Assembly (NCBI RefSeq): GCF_001194135.2
Contig: NC_068991.1
Location: 28,061,930-28,125,929, forward strand
Source: Octopus bimaculoides
Taxonomy: Eukaryota
Length of the DNA stretch: 64,000 bases
Reading direction: 5' to 3'
Below the pieces are notes generated by a model. It worked only from the letters and a program-made list of their open reading frames with translations, ran no database searches and was not told the origin of the DNA. How positions within the stretch are numbered: the first letter of the stretch is position 1; the number at the start of each line of letters is the position of its first letter. This document shows positions 38,635 through 51,260 of the stretch, one piece after another. The translations under genes and the position numbers were made by a program.

Positions 38635-39925
38635 AAATAGTGGATGTTATTCGAATTAACAGTACCTTGGTAGATGTAGCAATTAAGAGTATGAAGACAG
38701 GGAAAGCCTCCAGTCCATCAAGAATCACTGCTGAGATGCTTAAAATATCTGGCAGTGAAAGCTATAGTATAGTCACCCATATAGTCAACCTGGTGATACA
38801 TGAAGGAGTCATACCCAATGGTGGAGGCGCAATGGCCCAGTGGTTAGGGCAGCGGACTCGCGGTTTCGATTCCCAGACCGGGCATTGTGAGTGTTTATTG
38901 AGCGAAAACACCTAAAGCTCCACAAGGCTCCAGCAGGGGATGGTGGCGAACCCTGCTGTACTCTTTCACCACAACTTTCTCTCACTCTTTCTTCCTGTTT
39001 CTGTTGTGCCTGTAATTCAAAGGGTCGGCCTTGTCATGCTGTGTCACACTGAATATCCCAGAGAACTACGTTAAGGGTACACGTGTCTGTGGAGTGCTCA
39101 ACCACTTGCACGTTAATTTCACGAGCAGGCTGTTCCGTTGATCGGATCGACTGGAACCCTCGACGTTGTAAGCGACGGAGTGCCAACAACAACATACCCA
39201 ATGACTGGCATAGCAGCACCATAGTCAATTGCTACAAAGGTAGAGGTGATGCATTAGATACAAATAATTACTGAGGTATGAAACTGTTGGATCAGGTAAT
39301 GAAAGTCATGGAGAGGATCATAGCCCAACTAATTAGAGAGAGAGTTAGTTTAGACAAGATGCAGTTTGGGTTTGTGTCAAGAAAAAGTACCATTGATACT
39401 ATATTTCTGGCAAGACAGCTGCAGGAGAAATTCCTAGCCAAAGATAAACCTCTGTACTTGGCTTTCATTGACATGGAGAAAGCCTTTGACAGGGTACCTA
39501 CTTCCTTATCTGTTGGTCAGTGCAGAAACTAGGGATAGATGAGTGGTTGGGGAGAGTTGTACAAGCCACGTACAGGGATGTTGTCAGTAAGGTGAGGGTT
39601 GGCAATGAGTATAGTGAAGAATTCTGGGTAGAAGTAGGGGTTCACCAAGGATCAGTCCTTAGCCCCCTTTTATTCATCATAGTCCTCCAGATATAACAAA
39701 GGAATTCAGGACAGGTTGCCTCTGGGAGCACCTCTATACTGATGAACTTGCTCTAATAGCTGAATTACTACCAGAACTAGAGAAGAAGTTTCAGGTGGGG
39801 AAACAAGGTCTAGAATTGAAGAGCCTTAGAGTCAATCTAGCAAAAACCAAAGTCTTAGTAAGTTGGAAGGCAGACAAATCACTAACCCCTTCAGGTAGAT
39901 GGCCCTGCTCAACAGAAAAGGCGTA
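38635..39925 (+). mobile_element. RTE-clade RT fragment interrupted by a SINE
   Basis: MKTGKA..PS.ITAEMLK, NNY-GMKLLDQVMKV, MQFGF, FIDMEKAFDRV, HQGSVLSPLLF. Confidence 0.9.
38821..39192 (+). mobile_element. tRNA-derived SINE family A nested in an RTE fragment
   Basis: Near-identical to 23299-23684. 11-bp TSD CATACCCAATG at 38810-38820 and 39193-39203. Confidence 0.92.
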
Positions 39926-40199
39926 GTTAGAAACTCCATAATTAAAAATAATAATTTTAGCTCATTCATACACACATACACATACATAATAAACATGCTT
40001 ATGTATTCTTAGCCTATTGGAGTATTTCAGCCAATCAAAATGTAATCTCTGTATTCTCCCTTTTCATACCCTGAAGATTTTCTATCCAAGGCATTTTGAA
40101 ATGCAAACTTATATATTTATTTATATTTTGTTATTTAAATTTGCTGAAATGAAACAATAGTAGGCAAGGATGATAGTTAATTAATAAATTAATTTATAT

Positions 40200-40900
40200 C
40201 CATTGAATCTCTCCATTTTCATCCCCTACCTCTCCAACACCACTCTCCTCACAGGCACCCATCATCGTCCCTATCACATCACCAACTCCTTTACCTGCAC
40301 TTCCAGTAATGTCATTTACTGCATCTCCTGCTCTTTCTGCTCTTCCCTGTACCTCTGTCAAATGCCGCTTGGCTGACTAGTTTGCGGAGCACCTCTAAGA
40401 CATCTGACTCAGCAACGATACCTCGGTCTCACGCCATTTCTGCTCTACCAGTCATTCACCACAAGATCTGTCTGTGTTTGGATTGTCTTTGCACGGAGGC
40501 CATCCGGACTTCTGCCTTTGCCATGAACATGAATTAAACTGTCTTTGCTCCTTTGTACCACATGGTTCAACTCTCCTCCTCTCTTTATTTGACCCTCCCC
40601 TCTCTTCATCTGACACCCCTCCTCTTCTCATCTGACACCTACTTCTTCACTTCATCTGATATCTTCCTTTCTTCACTCCTACCCACCTCCTCTCTTCCTT
40701 CATATGCATATTTATAGAAAAACAAAAGACAAAGACAGGTGTATGAACAACAAGCAGGTGTAATTAGTCTGATGCTTGGGAAAATGTAAAATGAAAAAGT
40801 CCTTTATGTTTCGAGCCTATGCTCTTCAACAGAAAGGAATAAGAGAAAAATAAACAGAGAGAATGCAAAAAAATCTGCAGATTTAGTGGTCAATCATGGC
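40200..40900 (+). mobile_element. Penelope-like GIY-YIG endonuclease fragment followed by an inverted pLTR-type tail
   Basis: FTCTSSNVIYCISCSFC...RLAD-FAEH...VSRHF...H..QDLSV on plus. The hammerhead-bearing tail is on minus at about 40710-40890. Confidence 0.85.
40801..40838 (-). ncRNA. Decayed hammerhead motif in a Penelope-like tail
   Basis: CCUUU-CUGUUGA-A-GAGC[AUAG]GCUC-GAAA-C-AUA/AAGG. A6U change, and ACGU appears decayed to ACAU. Confidence 0.5.
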
Positions 40901-41882
40901 AGCTGATTAGAAAAGGAGTTTGAATGAAGGGGTTGGAAGAAAGGAAGATAATAAAGTGACAGTGACCCCAACTGAAGGTGCACATCAATGTATGTGTATG
41001 TGAGAATGGTGTGTATGAATAGGGGCCAGTTACTTTGTCAAGTCTTTGACAAGTCTGGGTGTGTAAGTGTGTGTATCTGTAATGTGTGTGGCTGTGGGTG
41101 TGTAGATGATGGTGTGGGGTGTAGATATGTGGGAGTAGGGTGTGGGGTGGGGTGAGTGGGGAAGGGGTGGAGGATAACGAGGAAGAGAGAAGGTAGGGAA
41201 GGAGTGAAGTGACTTTGACAAGTCTGGGTGTGTGCGTATGTAAGTGTATGTGTGTGTGTGTGTGTGTAAGTGCACGCATCTGTAATGTATGGCTGCTCAT
41301 ATAGCGGTATGTTTGGTGATGCTATTGAAGATTGTGTGGGTGTGTGGATGATGGGGTATGGGTGATGTGGGTGTGTGGGTGTGGGTGCATGTGTGGGGCT
41401 TTGACCAGACTGGTCATGCTAGTCTGGCTTCCTGCAACATCCATTAGGACTAACTCCATTTCACCCTGCACTATTCCACTTAGTTCGTTTGATAGCTGCA
41501 AGGCTCTTTCTGTCCTATTTATAAAACTCACATGGAAAATCTTTGGAAAATTTTTTCAAATCTTTGGAAAATTTTTTAAATCCTTAAATTAAAAACAATT
41601 TTTTAATCGCTATGTCACTAATTGTTCAGATTTGGAGGAAGTGAATTTCAGGTAGAGAATCTAAAGCGATTGCCATTTATTGTGAGTAAATTCACGTAAC
41701 ACATTACAAGGTGTGTATCAGTACTGCGTGAACTAAATAAATCTACTCATATATCAGCACTTTCTTCAGATCTGTGTAGCAGCAGTGGAAAATGGCAAAC
41801 ACTTTTGTAACCATCTGTTGTTTTATAAATAGAAGTAGATGAACGAAGAATGAGGAACACACACACACACACGCACACACAC

Positions 41883-41927
<45 letters not shown>

Positions 41928-42008
41928 CACATCATCATCATCATTATCATTTAATATCCATTGTTCATGCTGGCATGGGTTGGACATACATATATACATA
42001 CATACATA

Positions 42009-42052
<44 letters not shown>

Positions 42053-42099
42053 GTATATATATTGCATAAAAGATTGTGGGTAAAGCCAAAACAATGCAA

Positions 42100-42495
42100 A
42101 GTAAATGCAAGGTAAATCACAACAAGACAAATATGTGAATTAATGTAGACTTACCTTGTATTCAATATTTCGGGGTTATAATCCCATTTTCAAGAAACTG
42201 ACGAATGTTGCTGATGTGCGTGTGTATGAGTGTGTGTGGAGTGGACATCTGCAGAAGAGTGTTACTATAGCAACCAGCTAGCTTCCTGTAACTCCCTTCT
42301 ATTGTTGATCTTGGGTTTCTTTTGGTGTATGAGGATGGCCTCAGAGATTCTAAGGTTGCCCCTGTTCCACACTGTTCCTTTGATGTGCACTGTGAACTTC
42401 CAGATCTGGCATTCCCGTAGATGTTTCTTCGTAGAATTGTCTGAAGAAACATCTCCAGAAAACGCCAGACCTAGTTTTGGATTGTAAGAACTCAT
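42100..42495 (-). mobile_element. Penelope-like element 3' end (GIY-YIG C-terminus + decayed hammerhead)
   Basis: KHLREC...LRISEAILIHQKKPKIN, then UUC-UUGAAAA-U-GGG...CCC-GAAA-UAUU/GAA at about 42160-42197. Confidence 0.7.
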
Positions 42496-42541
42496 TTATG
42501 GACATTATTGTTAAGTTACTCCTCTATCTCTTCCCTAACAG

Positions 42542-42620
42542 AAATATTGTCCGCAACACTTGCAAGGAATACAAAACCCTACAGAATGCTACAATAAATA
42601 TGACGAAGTTCACTCATTTG
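42542..42620 (+). pseudogene. CAP paralog 2 N-terminal Cys-motif exon (79 nt): KYCPQHLQGIQNPTECYNKYDEVHSF
   Basis: aacag acceptor and G|gtaagtaccaatta donor, both matching paralog 3 exon 56049-56127. Same length and phase. No downstream CAP exons found before paralog 3. Confidence 0.8.
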
Positions 42621-42854
42621 GTAAGTACCAATTATTAATCCTCATTTTTACACTCTAATAACATTATTTTCTGTATTGTTATACTTGAGGATAGTCATAT
42701 TTTGCCATTTCTTTTATTGTGTTTTCTGTTGTTGTTGTTTTTTTGTGTTTTTTGTTTTTCCTTTTTTATTGTTTTTTCGTTTCTGTTAATTAAACACACA
42801 CACTATATATTTGGTCAATTAAACACAATTAGCAAAAAAATTGGCAAAATAGGC

Positions 42855-43290
42855 ATAGGCATGGCTGTGTGGTGAGAAGCTTACTTCCCAACCACACGGT
42901 TCTGGGTTTAGTCCCACTGTGTGGCCTCTTGGGCAAATGTCTTCTACTATAGCCTTGGGCCAACCAAAGCCTTGTGAGTGGATTTGGTAGACAGAAACTG
43001 AAAGAAGCCCGTCATTTGTGTGTGTGCACACGCGTGTGTGCATGTGTGTGTGTGTGCATGCACGTGTGTGCATGTGTGTGTGTGTGTGTGTGTGTGTGTC
43101 TTTGCATCTGAGTTTGTCCCCCATCACTGCTTGACAACCAGCATTGGTGTGTTTATATCCCCATATCTTAGCAGTTCAGCAAAAGAAACTGATAGAATAA
43201 GTACCAGGCTTAAAAAAATAAGTTTGATTTGTTCAACTAAACCCTCCAGCATGACCACAGTCAAATAACTGAAACAAGTAAAAGAATAAA
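42855..43290 (+). mobile_element. tRNA-derived SINE family B with internal (GT)n
   Basis: TGGCTGTGTGG...GGTTCAGTCCCACTG head, CA microsatellite and AATAAGTAC...GACTGAAACAAGTAAAAG tail. Other copies at about 82-228(-), 4333-4490(+), 4555-4680(-), 8605-8970(+), 31172-31530(+), 50720-51105(-) and 57610-58525(+). Confidence 0.85.
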
Positions 43291-45629
43291 AGAATACCCA
43301 AGTATAACAAAATCTGTTTCAACACACAAGTTCACATCAAGAATATTGCAAAACAAATGCATAAAAGTAACTTTACTTTCTCTTTATCAACAAATTATGA
43401 TTCTGCTTCAAATAAGAAAACTTAATGTATTCTTCTTACAATTCGTAATATTATTATCAACGAAATTATGAAGAAGCAGTGTTGGTTTACCATTCCTAAC
43501 ATATTGTCAACAGATTGAAATTACAGTAATTTTATTAAACTCTGTTTTTCAGTTAATGTGGATGTACATATGTGAAACTTTAAAAATGGATCAGTAAGCT
43601 TAATAAAGTAGTATTTAAGGATACAAGGCTTCATTAATCCAAAACACATTTTGATTTAAATAGAGACTTCTTTGAATTAGTGTATGAATAATACTGTGGA
43701 TTTTGGCTCAGCAGAGTGTTAGAGATTTATAGGGAATTACAAGACTAATCTACTTTCTGAGATTAAAAACTGTGGGTCATCAATCATCAATCAGCAGAGT
43801 TTGGGAAAGCTTTAAAGAATTAAAAGACTAATCCACTTTCCCACATTAAATACTAATAAACAAAATGTCTTTAATGTTTAAAATATTTTGAAATACAAGA
43901 ATGATTTCAGAATTTGTAGGAAAAAACATAAATCTAAAAAATTATAAAAATATAATTGGATTCAACCAACCATCCACCAACCTTAGATACAGACATACAT
44001 GCAGACAAACAGGCAGCTACACTGAGAACAATCATCATGTTTTTTAAAACATCCACTCACATGAGTGCAGTCTAATGTAATCACCTAATTACCTAATTTG
44101 TGTGTTCAACTGATTGATAAGGTTGGCTGAAATGGATCTATAACACTGTATAGTATAAAGATTAATATATTTGTTCTACTGACAAATATACAAGAGCCTG
44201 ATTCTTCTGACTTATGAATATTTAGGTAGTTAGCAGCATGTCATCATCATCATTGTCATCGTCATTTAACGACTGCTTTCCATGCTGGCATGGGTTGGAC
44301 GGTTTGACATGGCGCTGAGCAGCTGGGAGCTGTCCAGACTTCAATCATCTGCTGTAGTATGGTTTCTATGTCTGGATGCCCTTCCTAATGCCAACCAAAT
44401 AACAGAGGGTGTTGGGTACTTTTATGCAGCACTAGCACAAGTGCTTTTTATGTGGTACCGTAACCTACAAGGACATGTCTGTACATGTAGAAGACAGCAA
44501 TTTTACTTAGCTTGACATGTCTTACCAAGTACCCTCTGATTATATATCATCATCATCATCATCATCGTTTAACGTCCGCTTTCCATGCTAGCATGGGTTG
44601 GACGATTTGATTGAGGACTGGTGAAACCGGATGGCAACACCAGGCTTCAATCTAATTTGGCAGAGTTTCTACAGCTGGATGCCCTTCCTAACGCCAACCA
44701 CTCAGAGAGTGTAGTGGGTGCTTTTATAAAATCAAAACAAAAAATAGAACAAAAACATAACAAGTGATATCAAAACATTTGGACAGTCGATGATACAAAA
44801 AAGGACAGGATAAAAACAAGGGCAGACTATTTGGAGCTTTCAATCTTCAGTCGAGAAGCAGATTGTCCCTGCAGTTTTGGCTAATTAATCTTGAGATTGC
44901 TCTAATCTGGCCGGCCCCAAGGAAATCTAAGCTAAGGACACTAGATTCTTTGGAAGAAAGCAAGCGAATGTATATGAACACAAGGATGAAAAGAAAAAAA
45001 ACGGAGAAATGGTACACAATTACAAACACAAACAACAGGACATTAACAGCAGGTGTCTTTCAACACATGACCATCGTCCATCATTCTTTTCCCCATGTAA
45101 TCATCTTTCTTTTCTTTCCGTCTGTGTCACAGACCAGATGCATTCTTGTCTGTCTCCTCTCCTATCTTTTCTCCTGTCAAAGATTGTTCCTCCAGCGTAT
45201 GCCACCTTACCTCATATGGCCTAGCAGCCCTTACTGCTTGTTTTCACTGCCCTGTTTTTGTTACCATTTTGACCCTCCGTAAATCCAAAATTTTATTTTG
45301 ATTGTGGGAGCAACTGTTTTCTCGAAGGTGCATATTGTCATGAATTACTCAAAATATGGAGTAGATAAACAGCCAACAACTGATGAAGGGTCATTTTTTT
45401 CTTACTACTTGTCTTGTTTCTCATTTGTTTCTCTCGTTTGCAAAAACAATGTTTGTCTTTGTATTTCATGTTGTTTACATTTTGTGACGTCCTGTACCCA
45501 TATATGCATATATACATATATATGTAAGTATGTACATATATGTATGTATATATGCATATATATATATATATATTATTTATATTATTATATGATTGAACAC
45601 CATGCAACCATTTCCAAGTAAGTTTATCT

Positions 45630-45660
<31 letters not shown>

Positions 45661-46859
45661 GCACACACATATATTTAAATACATGTAAATTTTATATGTT
45701 GTAGATTCACTACTTACTTTTGTAAAATCACCTATGAAAGTAGAATTGGAAGAATCAGCTTCAGAATACTCGGTAATAAATGTTCCATTAACTTTTCTAT
45801 ATAAATGATGGCATGAATGTAGCTAAAATGTTTGCTTTGTAGTCACATGATTTGCATTTTGAGAAAACTGTGTGCTATATCAATGGGTAAACCAAATTCT
45901 TGTGAATAAAACAGCATGGATTGCCATTGAATGTATATGTGTGTGGATGGCAAAATACTTTGTGATAGTAGGTTCTGATCCTTTTTAAATCTTGCCTTTT
46001 TTTCACTTCCAAGTTTATAGTATCAGGCACAACACTGGATCAATATAAGCTTAAATACCTTTCAACGGCATTGATACAGTTCAATGACTAAAATTGATAA
46101 AAGAATGTAATAATCTTTATCATAGAAACTACAATATTGAAAGTTTTAATTATTGAATTCATTTAATGCTTAATTCCTGAATACTTTCTTTTCCACTTCA
46201 AAGATAAAATTCCTCAAAATATAATCAAAACAAGAAACTATTTCTAAAGTGTGAGACCAACAGTTTTAAATTATCAATTTAGTTTAAACATTTGGAGAAG
46301 GAATTTAATGATCCTTCATCACCTTGTTAGGCGGGACCATTTTTTATGAGATCCCAAAATCAGAAAGATGTTATGTGAAGTTCTATATGCCAAAAATTTG
46401 AATCTCTAGAACCAAAGCAAGGTACAGATATCCCAGAAAATGGAATATCTATACTCTTTGATTATTCCTAACTTTTATTTTTGCCTTCCAGTTAAAGAAT
46501 TGCCCTAGAAAGTACCATGGAATAGTAAATCACACGGCTTGCATTTCAAAATCTCAATATGCATACAGATCAGGTAAGTTAAGTTTGTTGTTTAAGAAAT
46601 AATCTGAACTTCAAATTCCTGCAAAATCTAAATGAAGATCATCCAAAATGTTATGAAAGTGATTAAGATTATCTGTTCTGTATTAACACGATCATAACGC
46701 CATAAACATTACATTATCAGTACTTCATTTCGCACACACATGAACACACACGAACACACACATACATACACACATGCATGCACACACACGCACGCACACG
46801 CACATATACACACACACACACGCACACACACACACGCACACAATTAAATAAATGATTCC

Positions 46860-47480
46860 ATTTTTTATACCTCAAGGAAGTTTTCTTCTCTGGTGTCACT
46901 TGCAAACNNNNNNNNNNNNNNNNNNNNNNNNNNNNNNNNNNNNNNNNNNNNNNNNNNNNNNNNNNNNNNNNNNNNNNNNNNNNNNNNNNNNNNNNNNNNN
47001 NNNNNNNTTTTACTCCTCTCTAAACGCTTTGCAATGTTTGTTTTTGAAAGTAGTGGTCTTCTGATTGCATCCCTCCTGTGAAATCCAGCTTTGTGCAGCT
47101 CCCAGCGAACAGCATTTTTGAAAACTGGGTTCTCAAGGTGGTCATTAAGCTCTGTAGTAATTGTAGGAGCTGTACTTTTGTAATCCTTTCTAACAATTTG
47201 TGTAAGAGTTTGATGGTCCCTATCTGAAAGTTTTGGTTTTCTTCTGGAGTTTTGTTTCGACGAGGAGGTTATACCCTCTTTCTCAAAGGCTGTCATTACT
47301 TTCGAAGCAGTACTTCTTGATACACAAGACATTTCGGCTGTTTTCATTACCCTAGTGTTTGCCATATGAGCACCAACAATTTGACCTCTTTGAAAGTCCG
47401 ATAGATCTGTCATTTTAATGAATCTTAATTACCTTTTTCTGATGATATCTGAAAAGAAACAGCAGTTTTAGCAAAACATA
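46860..47480 (-). mobile_element. Tc1-like transposase 5' fragment
   Basis: LSDFQRGQIVGA...VSRSTASKV...KLSDRD...RPLLSKTNIAKRL: HTH and Tc1 motifs. Confidence 0.85.
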
Positions 47481-49139
47481 TTAAGCAACACTAATAATAA
47501 ATCAAAAGACATAAAAATAAACAAGCTTTTGATGGTTTTATAGATATNNNNNNNNNNNNNNNNNNNNNNNNNNNNNNNNNNNNNNNNNNNNNNNNNNNNN
47601 NNNNNNNNNNNNNNNNNNNNNNNNNNNNNNNNNNNNNNNNNNNNNNNNNNNNNNNNNNNNNNNNNNNNNNNNNNNNNNNNNNNNNNNNNNNNNNNNNNNN
47701 NNNNNNNNNNNNNNNNNNNNNNNNNNNNNNNNNNNNNNNNNNNNNNNNNNNNNNNNNNNNNNNNNNNNNNNNNNNGCATATATATGTACATGTATGTATA
47801 TACGTTCATCCACATGTACATATAGATACATAACTGGGTACATGACGTGGCAAAAGAACAAGGACAAAAATGGTAAACAAGGTGCAACAAACAAGCAGGC
47901 CACATAGAAACAACCCCTTCATCAGCCGCCACCATTAAAACTCTGGCGTTTCGAAGAATTAAGGCAGTATGCATCATTAAAATGGTTCTTCTCACGAACA
48001 CAAATTAAATTGTTTTTGTGGAGGGTAGTGGCGGATGGAAAACAAGACAGGAAAACGAAACGGTGAAATAAACAAACAAAAGGGCTGTACAGCCAGACGT
48101 GAAGTGTGTATGTCTCGAACGCTTATACACAGAGAAAGAGAGATATATTTGCATATGTATTTATCTATACTTTTTGTAGATTATCAGTACTGCCAATGTT
48201 TCATGTGGGGAAAAATTTCTTAATTCTTCAAGTGTTCCATTTTAGGATTATGGTAACCGTGTCTATGCTGGATTTTACATGAGATATACAAGACTTCAAA
48301 ATTGATAGATATTCTGGTAAAACAAGGCAACTCCTTTAGTGGCTTCTTTAATTATTATTACCCATGCATCTGTCTTGGTAACTTGCAAGTTATTGCATTA
48401 AATGCATTCTACACTTTGCTTCGTTAAGAGATGAAAATAAAAGACATATAACATGTTTGTCTAATATGATATGGAAACTTAAAGACAGGAGCAAGAACAA
48501 TATCCAAATAAAATAAAGCAGTGTAGCTATGGCTAAAAAATGTTAGGGATGAAGCAGCAGGTGCAACTTATGCATCACCGAGAAATTAAGCATCATAAAT
48601 TTCAACAGCAAATATTTCGGACATAAAAGAAGGATCATTCCTCCCTGCATGCACAAACAATTTAAATTATGAATTTCAAGCATGACCATCGTCCAACATA
48701 GCACTTACCCAACCAACATAAAGTTGAGATATTAATGTTACTATAAACTTTGTGCACAATATGTATGGTTGATGTATACTGCCAGGAATTCGTGCTGGTA
48801 TACTAAACAGCATAGATATGTAAAGCATGTATGTAACACATATACAAGACGATTTTCAAATTATGCACTAATGCAATTCAAAACTTATGTAAACCCCATA
48901 AATGGTAAGATCACATGTATGTACAACTACAAAAAGTAGGTGTGAGTCATGTGTTGTTTATATTAGTATGCATTTATATATTCGTATATACATTATATTC
49001 ATTATATTCATACGTATGTATTCATATAGACATTATATTCATATATTCATATATACATTAGTATACATTTATATATTCATATATATAGATATACATGAAT
49101 GTTCTCGCATAATATAATTAACACAAATACTTGCAAAAT

Positions 49140-50405
49140 AGTGGGTTGTCAGGAAAGTTTGTGCTGATTTTTAAAGGAAAGAAAAAGGTCAATAAATACT
49201 TGCTATTACATTTTTAATCAACCAAATATGAACCATTTTGTTGCACAATGCGTCTCCATCTTTCCTTTAACTTGAAAATACCCTCTTCCCATAATTGAGG
49301 TGGTTTTGTGGCAAAGAATTCATCAAGGTATCTTTTTACGTCATCCAAGGAATTGAAATTTTTACCATTAAGACTATTCTAGAGAGACCTGAATAAGTGG
49401 AAATCCGAAGCAGCAATATCTGGTGAATATGGAGGGTGGGGTAACACATCCCAGCCGAGCTGCAGCAATTTTTGTCTGGTTCCCAAAGAAACATGCAGTC
49501 TTGCATTATCATGTTCGAAAACAACACCCTTCCTGATGACTAATTCTGGATGTTTCTCTTGAATTGCTGCTTTTAACTCATCCAATTGTGTGCAGTATTT
49601 CTCAGAATTAATTGTCTGGTTAATTGGGAGAAGCTCATAGTATAGAATTCCTTTCCAATCTCACTAGACACAAAGCAAGAATTTTTTAGGGTGAATACCC
49701 ACTTTTGGGGTGGCTAAGGGTGGCTCATGTCGCTTACTCCAGGATCGCTTTCTCTGAACACTTCTGTAGATAATCCATTTCTCATCACCTGTCACAATTT
49801 GCTTTAAAAAAGGCACGTTTTCATTCCCTTTATAAAGCAAATCACAAATGGAAATGCGATCCAAAAGGTTCTTCTCACTCAACTCATGTGGTACCCAAAC
49901 ATTGTAGCGGTTTGTGTACCCAAGCTTTACCAGGTGCTCATCAATGACGGATTTTGATAGGTTGAGGCTTTCTGCTAATTCTCAGGTTGTGCGATGTGGG
50001 TTATTCTCAATTAATGACTTGATTTGGTCATCAACTGTAGTGGATGGTCTGCCTGATCACTCTTTATCAATAAGGCTACAATCTCCAGTTCGGAGCCTTG
50101 CAAACCACTTCCATACAGTTCTTTCGGATAAAGAAACATCACCGTAAACTGCACATATTTCTTTGGTTGCTTGTGAGGCATTTTTCCCTTTACGGAAACA
50201 GAAAAGCATCAAGTGCTGAAAATGAACTTTCTTATTTTCCAGTTACAGATTTAACATAGGTTATAGTAACGTAAACTTTCTTCCACGAAAAGATAACTTA
50301 AACTGTGCTCTAAATGGAGGTGCAGTCAAATCCTATTTTATGGACACAACCATGTTCTAAAATAAGTCGAAAATGAAGCTACTATAAATTGGCACAAAAC
50401 CAAGG
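49140..50405 (-). mobile_element. Near-complete degenerate mariner (D,D34D)
   Basis: VWVPHEL, IVTGDEKW, FEHDNAR, HPPYSPDIAASDFHLF. TIR-like ends (GGGTTGTCAGGAAAGTTTGTGCTGATTT at 49143, partial copy near 50390). Confidence 0.9.
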
Positions 50406-50688
50406 CCAACACATGGGAAATAACAACTGACGAGTCCCTAATTTAGTTGCATTCTCTTATCTGTATGTCTATTAATTTTAAAGTCTCGCATAATCTCTTG
50501 TAATACCAAGTAATCCCATCCAAAATGGATACGGTCACCATCATTCTAAAGTGGAATGTTTGAAGAATTGTGATTTTTTTCCATTGGAAACAACTGGTAA
50601 CACTGTTAATCCACAAATAAAGAATATTTTCACTATTCAACACTATCTTGTACACATACAGGCATACATACATAAACACATATATACA

Positions 50689-50723
<35 letters not shown>

Positions 50724-51179
50724 CTTTTATTCTTTTACCTCTTTCAGTCATTTGACTGTGGCCATGCAGGAGCACCACCTTTTAGTTGAAGAAATCAACC
50801 CAGGACTTATTCTTTGTAAGCCTGGTACTTATTCTATCAGTCTCTTTTGCTGAACTGCTAAGTTACAGGGGACATAAAGACACCAACATTGGTTGTCAAG
50901 CAATGGTGGTGGGGACAAACAGACACAAAGACACATGCATACATACATACATACATACATATGTTTCTGTCTACCAAATCCACTCACAAGGCTTTGGTCA
51001 GCCCGAAGGTACAGTAGAGGGCACTTGCCCAAGGTGCCACACATTGGGACTAGACCCAGAACCATGTGGTTGGGAAGTAAGCTTCTTATCACACAGCTAA
51101 GCCTATGTTTATGTACACATTTGGTTGTTAGATTTCAATAAGCTGTCTATTTAACGTTCAAAATAGGCAGAATGTTGTC

Positions 51180-51260
51180 AGCAGGCAGTTTAGCTTAATG
51201 GTAAAGGACTCAGCCAGGCTCTTGGAGGATGTCGGTTTGACTCCCATGGCTGTTTGTTGA
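51180..51260 (+). other. tRNA-like relic (SINE head or tRNA pseudogene)
   Basis: TAGCTTAATGG A-box-like and GGTTTGACTCC B-box-like motifs, with imperfect acceptor-stem pairing. No credible anticodon arm. Confidence 0.35.

Noticed and set aside
40980-41420. Repeat-spacer pattern as a CRISPR-like array
   Set aside because: Only 2-3 imperfect repeats with long low-complexity spacers, in a eukaryotic context with no cas genes.
45380-45390. CTGATGAAGGG (also on minus at 47914-47925) as hammerheads
   Set aside because: No matching CCC-GAAA half follows. At most these are remnants of related tails.
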